Shown here one piece after another: positions 13,008-24,163 of a stretch of 64,000 nt of DNA. Both the position numbers and the translations under genes were made by a program. How positions within the stretch are numbered: position 1 is the stretch's first letter; every line of letters starts with the position of its first letter. The notes beneath the pieces were generated by a model, which worked only from the letters and a program-made list of their open reading frames with translations, was not told where the DNA came from and made no database searches. Source of the stretch: Ascoidea asiatica JCM 7603 (lineage: Eukaryota > Fungi > Ascomycota); contig BCKQ01000006.1 of NCBI GenBank assembly GCA_001600695.1, forward strand, positions 425,937-489,936, given 5' to 3'.

Positions 13008-13684
13008 TTAATCAACAAGTACATAAGAATTATCAGTAGAATTATTACTATGATCATTGAGAAGAACACTAATAGGATCTGTTGGATCACTTGGATCACT
13101 TGGAGCACTTGGAGCACTTGGAGCACTTGGAGCACTTGGATCACTTTCTAAATCTATTAGCATATTATCCTTTGGTTTACTAAATTCACATACACAAATA
13201 GATATTGTAAAAATAGAATATAAGAAATAAAAAATTTCCAAAATAAAATAATAATATAATTTTTTTTTTATTAATAAAATAAATCTAAAAATATACGAAT
13301 TTAAAAAAATTAATTTCAATATTAAATTTTGGATATATATTTCATAGATTTCATTATTTTTTATTGGTGGTATAACAATAAGATTATTTATATCTTTTTT
13401 ATCTTTTTTAGTATCAATACATTTTAACCCAATTGGAAATCCATCAATTAATAATAAACTTATAAAAGAATCATCAGTATCAATTGTTTCATCATTATAG
13501 TTAAACTCAAACCACTTAAAAATTTCACTTTTTGATGGTGATGAAATTTCATGATACATTGTAAACATTCTATATTTCCAAAAATCTAATTCTTCTATAT
13601 AATTATTAGATTTTTAAAAAAAACAAAATCCACCATACAAAAGAATGGTATTATTGTATCTAGAATTTCATTAGAATCTACCAT
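13008..13684 (-). CDS. Orphan protein with a hydrophobic segment and SAP/SDP repeats; 5' end interrupted
   Basis: ORF 13008-13568 plus an upstream ATG at 13684 in A-rich context (MVDSNEILDTIIPFF..). The upstream part is out of frame by 1 nt at the T5/A8 run 13611-13623. Confidence 0.45.
13083..13146 (+). repeat. 9-bp minisatellite (TGGAGCACT/TGGATCACT) x~7 in coding sequence
   Basis: Read directly; encodes (SAP/SDP)n on the minus strand. Confidence 0.85.
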
Positions 13685-14744
13685 TTTTTTTTGAAATGTT
13701 TATTTTTATTAGTATTAATTATAGAAATTTTTATATTTTATTTAATTTATAAAATGTAACAAAAATAATAAAGTAAAATTCAAAAAATAATTAAATTACA
13801 ATATATTTGATATAATCCATCTTTCTCATGATCTATTAGCAATAATAATATGGTTGCGACCAACTAGGATCAAAACCATTCCAACGGATCCCTTTGTTAT
13901 ACCTTTAGTTAGAGTACTCGCCTGCTTTCTGTCTCCAAACGTAAACCTAAACCAAATAATGGAGGATAAGTCTTTAAGATTTACTGATTTAAAATCGAAA
14001 GTCACTCACAAGAGACATATTTGGATCAAATCAACAAAGCTTTTATTATGACTCTAGCTACATAGTTGATAATAAAAGCAATAATGTTCCTGGTGATATC
14101 AAATGTAATAATGCTGAGATTCTAAAGAATATAAGTAGATGAATCTTAATAAGGATAATCATATTTTCAACTCCCAATCAAAGCTACACAGTAGTCAGTT
14201 CAAACAATAACAAGAACAAATGTATGAACAATAACCAAGTCTTGTTGATTTCAAAATAACCTGATAGTAAATAATTGTCAAAGCATTCAAAGATAAATAT
14301 ATATATATATGTACAGTATATACGTGGTTGTTCTCCCAATCAGAATCAGTTTCAAGACTAGATCCGCGAGTATGGCCTCAAATTCCAAATCTACCATTCA
14401 AGTGGATTCACAAGCCACGCTGTTTTCTGCACCTCCACATGTGGGCTTATTACAGCTACTTGTCGCCAGATATATGGGTTTTCTTCTTTATCCCTGTTGA
14501 GTTTCCGAATTCGGCAATTTCCGAATTTTGTTCTTTGTTCGTTGAGGGTGCAACAGTGGCGAAGTTGTAGCAGCAGAAACAGCAGAAACAGCAGAAGAAG
14601 CAAAAGAAGCAGAAAAACAGTACTTTCAGAAACAAGTATAAATATCAAATGATTTCCCTGTTTTTTTTTTGTTTTTTTTACTTCTTTACCTTTCTTTTTT
14701 ATCATCTTTTTCACTTGGAACAATTCTCAATTAACCTCTTGGAA

Positions 14745-17234
14745 ATGTCTCAGTTACAAAAAATATTCCCATCTGAATCTCAATTACAATCATTTCCTGC
14801 AACTCAACCTTTATCACAACCTTTATCAAATTCTATAAAAAAATCAGATATTTCAAATATTTCAAATATTTCAAATAATTCAAATAATTCAAATAATCCA
14901 ATAACTAAAAAACAATCTCAAAAATTAATTCAAACTTTACTTTTAATTTCTCTTGGTTGTATATGTTATTTAAGAAATTTATTTCCTGATGATTCATTTA
15001 TTGATCAATCATATTCATATAATCCATTAAATTTTAAATTATCTAAAAATTCTAAATTAAATTCAATTAATAATTCAATAAATGTTAAAATTTTAAAGAA
15101 AAACAAATTAAAAGAAATTGATAATTTATTAAATATTTTAGAAAATGGAATTTTTGAATCTATTGAAAAAGATTATTTAAATTCTTTGAATATTTTAATA
15201 TTTAATAATAATTTAAATTATTTTGAATCTTATTTTTTCAATTTTAATGATTTTAATAATACAAATAAAGAAAATCTTTTCAATTTCAATTTTAATTTCA
15301 ATTCAAATTCAAATTCAAATTCAAATTCAAATTCAAATTCAATATCTTTATTAAATTCAAGAAAATTAATTCAATCAATTTTAACTAAATTTATAATCAT
15401 TACTCAATCTTTAAATCCATTACCACTTAAAAGATCAATAAAATTTAATTTATTATTTAATAATAATACTCCAATATATTATCAACCTGATTTATTTAAA
15501 AATTTAAAATTAGATATAAATAATTCTTTTAATAATAATAATTCAATTTATAAATCTCATAATTCTGGTGATATAAATACAAATTATCATAATGTATCTT
15601 TAAAAATTATTCATTCAAATAAAATAAAAGATAATAATGATAAAATTTTAGATTTTAATAAAATTAATCCATTTAATTTAATTTTAAATGATTATAAATT
15701 AAATGATAATAAAAATTCAATTAAATTTATAAAATTTAAAAAAAATTTAATTGAAGAAGAAAAATTAATTCAAAAAAATAATTTAAAATTTAAAATAAAT
15801 AAAAATATTAATAATTTATCAAATGAAATTAATGAGATTATAGAAATAGATAAAAAGATTACCAATTTAAATTCAGATATTTATTCAATATCATCTTCAA
15901 CTACAATTTTATCATTAGAAAATATGAATAATGAAAATAAAATTATAAAAATTGATTGTGAATGTGGTTTTAATTTTTTAAATTTAAATTCAAATGATTC
16001 TTTGAATAATTCTTCAACTTTATTAAACTGTAATTCTTGTGAAAGAAATTTTCATAAATATTGTTATAATTTTAATAATATTAATAAAAATTCAGAAAAT
16101 TTTTATTGTCATTCATGTTTTTATGAAAAAAATAAAGAATATTTTAATTTAAAACTTAAATTAAAATTATCAAAAAAAAATTTAAAATTATTTTTAAATT
16201 TAAGAAAATTTTATAGAATTTTCAATAAAAAAACTTTTGAAATTCCAAATTCATTTAAAGAATTAGTTAAATTTTTTGGATTTAAAAAATTAAATAATAA
16301 AGATGATTATGGTTATAATTTTAAATTTTTTAAAGAAATTTTAATAAAATTAATTAATGATAAAATTTTAATAATTAATACTATAAAAAAATTAAAAACA
16401 AGAATGAATTCAAATTGTAAATTAATTAAAAATGATTTATTTAAACCATTTTTAAAAGTTAATGATAATTTAGAAGTTAATGAAATTAAATTTAATGAAA
16501 GTTATATATTAACATTTGTACCAAAATCAAGAAATTCAGTAATTAAAGATCAAATTGTGAAATTGATTGAAGAAAAATATTTTAATATTACTTCAGTTAT
16601 GTGTCCAATTGATGAAATTGAAATTGACAATAAAGAAGAAGATAATGATAATGAAAAAATTGAAGATGATGGAGTTGAAATCGAAACAGATAAAAAATTT
16701 AAAATGTCAAATGAAAAAGCAAAAATTGATTCAAAGATAATGAAAATTAAAAAATTAAATAATCTTTCCTCTTCTCCAGTTAAACCTTTTGTTCCAAATA
16801 CAAAAGACTTTATTAGTAACAAAAAAGAGAAAGAAAAAGATAAAGAAAAAGAAAAAGAAAATGTGAATGAAAATGTGAATGAAAATAAAGAAAAAACTGA
16901 AAAAGAATTAAATATAATTGGTAAAAATAAATCTAAAGAAGAAAGTTCTAGAAATGTTAAAAATAAAGAAAATAATGATGAAAGAATTTCATTCTCATTA
17001 TTTAAAAATGTTTCAAATGAATTTAATAATGATGAAGAAAGTTTAAATAAAAGTCAAAAATTATTTAGTGATGATGATTTTAATGAAAAAATTAAATTTA
17101 CTCAATATTTACCAAATTCATCAATGAATTTAATTGAAGATAATGAAAATAATAAACATAAACTTATCAGTAATGAGAATAATAATCAAGATCATTCCTC
17201 AGTACATAAAAGATTAAAAATGAATAAAAAGTGA
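14745..17234 (+). CDS. HOP1: Meiotic chromosome axis HORMA protein Hop1
   Basis: HORMA domain (ITKKQSQKLIQTLLLISLGCICYLRNLFPDDSF, GIFESIEKDYL, ITQSLNPLP, TPIYYQPDLF) followed by a PHD-like finger (CECG..CNSC..H..C..CHSC). Likely start is ATG 14745 rather than 14649. Confidence 0.9.
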   Translation: MSQLQKIFPSESQLQSFPATQPLSQPLSNSIKKSDISNISNISNNSNNSNNPITKKQSQKLIQTLLLISLGCICYLRNLFPDDSFIDQSYSYNPLNFKLSKNSKLNSINNSINVKILKKNKLKEIDNLLNILENGIFESIEKDYLNSLNILIFNNNLNYFESYFFNFNDFNNTNKENLFNFNFNFNSNSNSNSNSNSNSISLLNSRKLIQSILTKFIIITQSLNPLPLKRSIKFNLLFNNNTPIYYQPDLFKNLKLDINNSFNNNNSIYKSHNSGDINTNYHNVSLKIIHSNKIKDNNDKILDFNKINPFNLILNDYKLNDNKNSIKFIKFKKNLIEEEKLIQKNNLKFKINKNINNLSNEINEIIEIDKKITNLNSDIYSISSSTTILSLENMNNENKIIKIDCECGFNFLNLNSNDSLNNSSTLLNCNSCERNFHKYCYNFNNINKNSENFYCHSCFYEKNKEYFNLKLKLKLSKKNLKLFLNLRKFYRIFNKKTFEIPNSFKELVKFFGFKKLNNKDDYGYNFKFFKEILIKLINDKILIINTIKKLKTRMNSNCKLIKNDLFKPFLKVNDNLEVNEIKFNESYILTFVPKSRNSVIKDQIVKLIEEKYFNITSVMCPIDEIEIDNKEEDNDNEKIEDDGVEIETDKKFKMSNEKAKIDSKIMKIKKLNNLSSSPVKPFVPNTKDFISNKKEKEKDKEKEKENVNENVNENKEKTEKELNIIGKNKSKEESSRNVKNKENNDERISFSLFKNVSNEFNNDEESLNKSQKLFSDDDFNEKIKFTQYLPNSSMNLIEDNENNKHKLISNENNNQDHSSVHKRLKMNKK

Positions 17235-17999
17235 TTTTCTTCTTTATTTTCTCTTGTGCATTTGTAAATAACTTCAAATAAAATCAGATTTGTAACTTGA
17301 ATTGATTCATCGGCGTTAAACTTATTTCGTTGAAGATTGTAATTGGTTGGTTTCGGATACGAGCGAGTCCTGTATATTCTTTGTCCCTGACCCACGCCAG
17401 GACAGTTGTGTCCCATACAGCAATGCATTGTCCTAAATAAGTTGACTTCTCGCACCAGCGTTTTATTTTTGTCCTACCACTTCTGTCCCAATATTTTTTT
17501 CTTACTGCCCTGACACTGCCCGGAAACCACTCTGCGATGTGCCCGGCGACGACTTCCGAGGGCGCTGTCCCCCTGAAACGCTTGCGCTCCTCTTTTCCGC
17601 CACCACCTCCCAGGAACACTCTGCAAATCAAAATAAATGAATAAATGAAATATCACCTTAGAACAATACAAATTAACTTCACCTTCTTTTGTTTCTTCAA
17701 TCAACACTATCAATTACTCAATCAATCACTTTATCATTCAAATAATCAAGTAATCAACTAATCAACTAATCAATCAAGTGATATTTAATCAAATCATTAG
17801 TCAATCATTCACTTCATTAGTTTAATAATAAAAAGTACTCTTTTTGTTCATTGATTAACAATTCTTTTGATTAGAATTAATAAGAATTATATAAAATTAC
17901 AAGATTATAAGAATATCTAAAGATCTTTAAAGATCTAATCATAAATTTAATCCATTAATATTCAAATCATATTTCAATTATAATTTTTAATTATTAAAA

Positions 18000-18296
18000 A
18001 TGGATAAAAAAAAGAAAAGTTTACAAGCAGAATTAGATGCAACATGGTCAAGAATTGAACCAAATTTACATCATATTCTTGGTAATAATTTTAATAATCA
18101 ACAATCTCCAAGACTTCATATGGATTTATATACTTCTGTTTATAATTTTTGTTTTAGAATATCTTTAGATCAAAATCAATCAAAATCAAATTTAGTATTT
18201 TCAAGTACTGTAAGTCCATTTAGTGGACAAAATTTTGTAACTGAAGAAGAAGAAGCTTTAAATTTATCATCAAATTCTTCAAATCCATTTATAAGA

Positions 18297-18328
<32 letters not shown>

Positions 18329-20966
18329 TAAAAATAATAAAAATTTTGATGAAAATATTAATCCAACAAATGATGAAATTATTTATAGATTATATTTAAA
18401 AATTGAAGATTATTTATCAAATTATATTAAAAATTTAAAAAAATTAAATAATGATGAATCTTTTTTACAATTTTATGTTAGAACTTGGACAAGATTTAAT
18501 ATTGGTTCTGGTTATTTAAATCAAATTTTTGATTATTTAAATGTTCATTGGTTAAAAAAAATTAAAGCTGATTCAATTAATAATTTAAATATTTTTGAAA
18601 TTAGTACTTTATGTCTTATACAATGGAAAAATTTTATGTTTTTACCAAATAAAGATATTTTAGTTAATGAAATTTTAAAACAAATTGAAAATCAAAGAAA
18701 TCATTTAAATATTGATCATAATTCTTTATCAAAAGCAATTAAATCCATTGTTTCTTTAGGTATTAATACTAAATCAAATAATAACCCTAATAATAGTAAT
18801 AATAATCTTATTTCTACAAATTCAAATTCAAATTCTAATTCTAATTCTAATTCTAATTCTAATACAAATACTACATGTACTAATCCTAATAATTCAAGTA
18901 CCATTAATCATAATATTAATTATAATAGTAATAGTCAAGATTTTAAAAAAATTACATTATCATTATATATTGATACTTTTGAAAAAAAATTTTTAGAAAA
19001 TACAATTAATTATTATGATAATGAATCAAATAATTATTTATTAAATAATAATATTATTGATTATATGAAAAAAGCAGAATATAGAATTAAAGAAGAAATT
19101 TCAAATTCAAATATGTATCTTGATGAACATTCAAAACCATTATTAATTGATTCATTAAATAATTCATTAATTGAAAAACATTCAGAAAAATTATTTAATG
19201 AATTTCAAAATCTTTTATTATCAAATGATAATGAAAATGTTTTAAAAATGTATAAATTATTAGAAAGAGTACCTTCAACATTAACACAATTATCAAAATT
19301 ATTTGAAGATTATGTTAAAAAACAAGGTTTAAAAGAAATTTTAAATTTAAAAAATAATACATTAAAATTAAATGATATAAATTCAACAACATCATCAACA
19401 GTTTTAGCTTTAAATTCAAATTTAGCTTCTGCTTCTGCTTCAGCATCTGCTTCTGCTTCAACTTCAACTTCAACTTCAACTTCAACTCCACCTAATTCTG
19501 CTTCAACAAATTCTACAATTAGTTCATCATTAAATTCAAATACTATTTCTAATTCAAATTCCAATACAAATACAAATACAAATACAAATACAAATACAAT
19601 TATAAATATAAAACCAACAACTACAAATATAAATATAAATAATGCAAATAATAATGCAAATAATAATAATAATTCATTGAATTCAACATATATTATTAGT
19701 CCAAAATTATATGTAAAATCATTAATTGCAATTTATTTAAAATATAAAAAAATTGTTGAGATTGCATTTGAAAATAATTCAACATTTGTAAAATCTTTAG
19801 ATAAATCATGTAGTAATTATATTAATAATAATGTAATTTCATTTCCAAATGGTAATAAAATTAAAGGTACATCAAAAACTCCAGAATATTTAGCAAGATA
19901 TGCGGATATATTATTAAAAAAAAAATCAAAAGATTCAGATATTTCAAATGATATGAATGAAGATGATATTATGATAATTTTTTCATTTTTAGTTGATAAA
20001 GATGCATTTGAAGTTCATTATAGAAAATTATTAGCAAAAAGATTAATTTATGGTACATCATCATCATTTGATGATGAAGAAAGTTTGATTACCAGATTAC
20101 AAAAAGAAAATTCAGTTGAATATACATCAAAAATGACAAAAATGTTTCAAGATATGAAAGCTTCAGAGAATTTAAAAACAGATTTTGAAGAATATTTTTT
20201 AAAAAATAATAATAATAATGAAAATAAATTAATTGAAGATTTTAGACCATATATTTTAGCAGAAACAATGTGGCCATTTCAACCATATAAATATGATTTT
20301 GAATTACCAGAAATTTTAAAACCAACATATGAAGCTTTAGAAAATATTTATACAGAACAACATTCAGGTAGATTATTAAAATGGATTTGGAATTTATGTA
20401 GAGGAGAAATTAAAGCTAATATTTCTAAAGTTGGTAAACCACCATTTATTTTAACAATGACATTATTTCAAATGGCAATAATATTACCATTTAATGAAAA
20501 AGAATCATATACATTTAATGAATTAGAAAAAATTACAAAATTACCTTCAGAACAATTAACGGGAAATTTATTACCATTAATAAAATTTCGATTATTAAAT
20601 CAAATACCAAATGGTAATAAATTTATTAATAAACCAAATACAAAATTTATTATTGTTAAAGAATATAGATCAAAAAGAATGAGAGTTAATTTTGCAACAA
20701 ATATAAAAATTGAACAAAAACATGAAATTGAAGAAACTGAGAAGGAAATTAATGAAGATAGAAAAATCTTTTTACAAGCATGTATTGTAAGAATTATGAA
20801 AACTAGAAAACAATTAAAACATGTTTCTTTAATTACTGAAGTCATACAACAATCTCATTCAAGATTTATTGCTCAAGTTAGTGATATTAAAAAATGTATT
20901 GATATTTTAATTGAAAAAGAATATTTAAGAAGAATAGATAATGATAATTATGAATATCTTGCATAA
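18000..20966 (+). CDS. CDC53: Cullin-1 (SCF scaffold) with low-complexity insertions
   Basis: Motifs LYTSVYNFC, PEYLARYAD, DKDAFEVHYRKLLAKRL and neddylation domain LQACIVRIMKTRK..IKKCIDILIEKEYL..YEYLA. Confidence 0.96.
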
Positions 20967-21324
20967 ATTTTTTAAAATAATTTTTATCTTTTTGATATAT
21001 ATTGCTTTATTTATTATTATCATTCATATTTATTTTAGTTTATTATAGTTTATTATAGTTTAATTAACATGAGACCATGAACATGGGTCTTCTTTTGAGT
21101 AATTTTAGATTCATTTCCGCATCCTTTGTCAAATTCCATAATTCCATATCCGGTTTCATTTCCGTATCACCTGACTGCTGATTACGTAACACTGTCACGC
21201 GACTGTTTTTTTTTTTATATTTTGATTCCATTCCATTCCATTCCCACGGTACCAATTTCCTTTCTTTTCCTTCTTTTTCTTTCGTCTTTTCTGTCTGTGT
21301 AACATGTTAATTAAATTAACATGA

Positions 21325-21366
21325 TAACAGTAACAGTAACAGTAACAGTAACAGTAACAGTAACAA
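21325..21366 (+). repeat. (TAACAG)n microsatellite
   Basis: About 7 tandem copies, read directly. Confidence 0.9.
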
Positions 21367-21765
21367 GACCACGACCACGACTAATCACCAGAAAAACTGA
21401 AGCCGAGCGAGTCTGAGACAACTCGCTGCTCACTCGCTGGTGATTCATTCGATTCATTCGATTCATCATGGCTTTGGCTCTGTACGAGAATAATCACTTT
21501 CAATCACTTTCAATCACTTTCAATCAGTGCCTGAGTAAAAGCAAAAGAGAAGAAGAAATGAAACTGAATTAATTTGCACCGAGTTCATCGAGATCCATTT
21601 CAAGCCCACTCCAATTCTCTTTCTCCCACTGCTTCGACACTGTCGAGTTATTTGAAAAACACTCAAACCACGAAATAACACCTGAAGAACACCATCTGTT
21701 TCTTCTTCACCTTCTTCACTATCTTTTTCTTCGCCTTCTTCTTCTCTTTTCTTTTCTGGCTTCAT

Positions 21766-21844
21766 CTTTAACACCTTTAACACCTTTAACACCTTTAACA
21801 CCTTTAACACCTTTAACACCTTTAACACCTTTAACACCTTTAAC
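21766..21844 (+). repeat. Perfect 9-bp tandem repeat (CTTTAACAC) x8 plus a partial copy
   Basis: Read directly, upstream of LYS20. Confidence 0.95.
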
Positions 21845-22498
21845 TCGGTGCTGCTGAAATTCCCCCGCGCGCGCTGTGATTGGCTGTTCATCTTTTCTCT
21901 GCCGCCATGGAACTTTTGTCACTTTTTTCCACTGAAATTTCACTTCAAAGTGAAAAAAAAAAAAATAAAAAAAAAAAGAATAATTTTATTGAGAATATTG
22001 AAAATAATACTGGAAAATAATAATTGAAAAATAATTATCAATAAATATTCATTATTATTATTCATTATTATTATTCATTATTATTACTATTATTATTAAT
22101 TACTACAATTAGTCACACATTTACTACTCTTTTAAACAAATTTGCTCTATTTTCTATTAAAATACTGTACAATTAATTATTACAATTCTATTATTTTTTT
22201 TTCTTACTCATAATATTCAAAATATTCAAATCTTCTTAAAAAGATCTTTTAAGTTATTTATTAACTTTATATTTTTATATTTTTGAAATTTTAAATTTAT
22301 TTGATCTTTAAATAAGACTCTTTTTATCTTTTATTAAAATTTTATTAAGTTTTTTTTATCGAATAAAACTGTCAATTACTCACTCATCTATTATTTATAT
22401 TACTCATTTACTATTAAATTATATTAATTAAAGTATATAAATATTATACTTTATTCCACTTTTATATTCTATTTTATTAATTAAATATTTATTATAAT

Positions 22499-22532
<34 letters not shown>

Positions 22533-22559
22533 TATAAAATATAATTAAAAAAATTCAAT

Positions 22560-23891
22560 ATGTCAACTGAAGGTTATAAAAAAGTTTCTGAAGATAAAAG
22601 ACCAAAAATTCAAATTAATCCATATGGTCCAAATCCTGCTGATTTCTTATCAAATGTTTCTAATTTTCAATTAATTGAATCAACTTTAAGAGAAGGTGAA
22701 CAATTTGCAAATTCTTTTTTCACAACTGAAAAAAAAATAGAAATTGCAAAAGCTTTAGATGATTTTGGTGTTGATTATATTGAATTAACTTCTCCAGTTG
22801 CTTCTGAACAATCAAGAAAAGATTGTGAAGCAATTTGTAAATTAGGTTTAAAAGCTAAAATTTTAACTCATATTAGATGTCATATGGATGATGCAAAAGT
22901 TGCTGTAGAAACTGGTGTTGATGGTGTTGATGTTGTTATTGGTACTTCTCAATTCTTAAGACAATATTCTCATGGTAAAGATATGAATTATATAACAAAT
23001 TCTGCTGTTGAAGTTATTGAATTTGTTAAAAGTCATGGTATTGAAATTAGATTTTCTTCTGAAGATTCTTTTAGATCTGATATTGTTGATTTATTAAATA
23101 TTTATAAAACTGTTGATAAAATTGGTGTAAATAGAGTTGGAATCGCAGATACTGTAGGTTGTGCAAATCCAAGACAAGTTTATGATTTAGTTAGAACTTT
23201 AAAATCTGTTGTACATTGTGATATTGAATGTCATTTTCATAATGATACAGGTTGTGCAATTGCAAATGCATATACTGCCTTAGAAGGTGGTGCAAGATTA
23301 ATTGATGTTTCTGTTTTAGGTATTGGTGAAAGAAATGGTATTACTCCACTTGGTGGTTTAATGGCAAGAATGATTGCTGCTGATAGAGATTATGTTTTAT
23401 CAAAATATAAATTACATAAATTAAGAGATATTGAAAATTTAGTTTCTGAAGCTGTTCAAGTTAATATTCCTTTTAATAATCCAATTACTGGATTTTGTGC
23501 TTTTACTCATAAAGCTGGTATTCATTCAAAAGCAATTTTAGCAAATCCATCAACTTATGAAATTTTAAATCCTTCTGATTTTGGTTTAACAAGATATATT
23601 CATTTTGCTCATAGATTAACAGGTTGGAATGCAATTAAAACAAGAGTTGAACAATTAAATTTACATTTATCTGATGATCAATGTAAAATTATTACAACTA
23701 AAGTTAAAAAATTAGCTGATATAAGACCTTTAAATATTGATGATGTTGATTCTATAATTAAAGAATATCATGCAGATATTTCAACTCCAAAAATTATTCC
23801 AAATAGTGCTTCAAGTGGTACTGCAGAAGTTATTAATGAAGAAATTTCAATTAATTCAGAACCTGATTCAAAAAAACAAAAAATAAATTAA
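22560..23891 (+). CDS. LYS20: Homocitrate synthase
   Basis: Motifs [46 protein letters not shown] and AFTHKAGIH. Equally an orthologue of LYS21. Confidence 0.98.
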   Translation: MSTEGYKKVSEDKRPKIQINPYGPNPADFLSNVSNFQLIESTLREGEQFANSFFTTEKKIEIAKALDDFGVDYIELTSPVASEQSRKDCEAICKLGLKAKILTHIRCHMDDAKVAVETGVDGVDVVIGTSQFLRQYSHGKDMNYITNSAVEVIEFVKSHGIEIRFSSEDSFRSDIVDLLNIYKTVDKIGVNRVGIADTVGCANPRQVYDLVRTLKSVVHCDIECHFHNDTGCAIANAYTALEGGARLIDVSVLGIGERNGITPLGGLMARMIAADRDYVLSKYKLHKLRDIENLVSEAVQVNIPFNNPITGFCAFTHKAGIHSKAILANPSTYEILNPSDFGLTRYIHFAHRLTGWNAIKTRVEQLNLHLSDDQCKIITTKVKKLADIRPLNIDDVDSIIKEYHADISTPKIIPNSASSGTAEVINEEISINSEPDSKKQKIN

Positions 23892-23905
23892 AAAAATTAT
23901 AGTAA

Positions 23906-23944
<39 letters not shown>

Positions 23945-24163
23945 TTTTTATTATATAAACAGTATAATTGATTATTCATTTTTTTATTCATTTTTAAAGA
24001 ACTTGTTGTTTCTACTTCCTTTTCCGTTTTTATTTTTTTTAATGGGTTAACTGGGTTACTTCAATTTATATACTACTACTACTACTACTACTACTACTAT
24101 TAGTACTATTATTCAAGAATACATGTTTTTTTTTTATTATTATTAATATTATTATTATAGTAT

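Noticed and set aside
21766-21844. Tandem repeat as a CRISPR array or as coding (KVL/GVK)n
   Set aside because: No spacers, eukaryotic context, and the ORFs are repeat artefacts.
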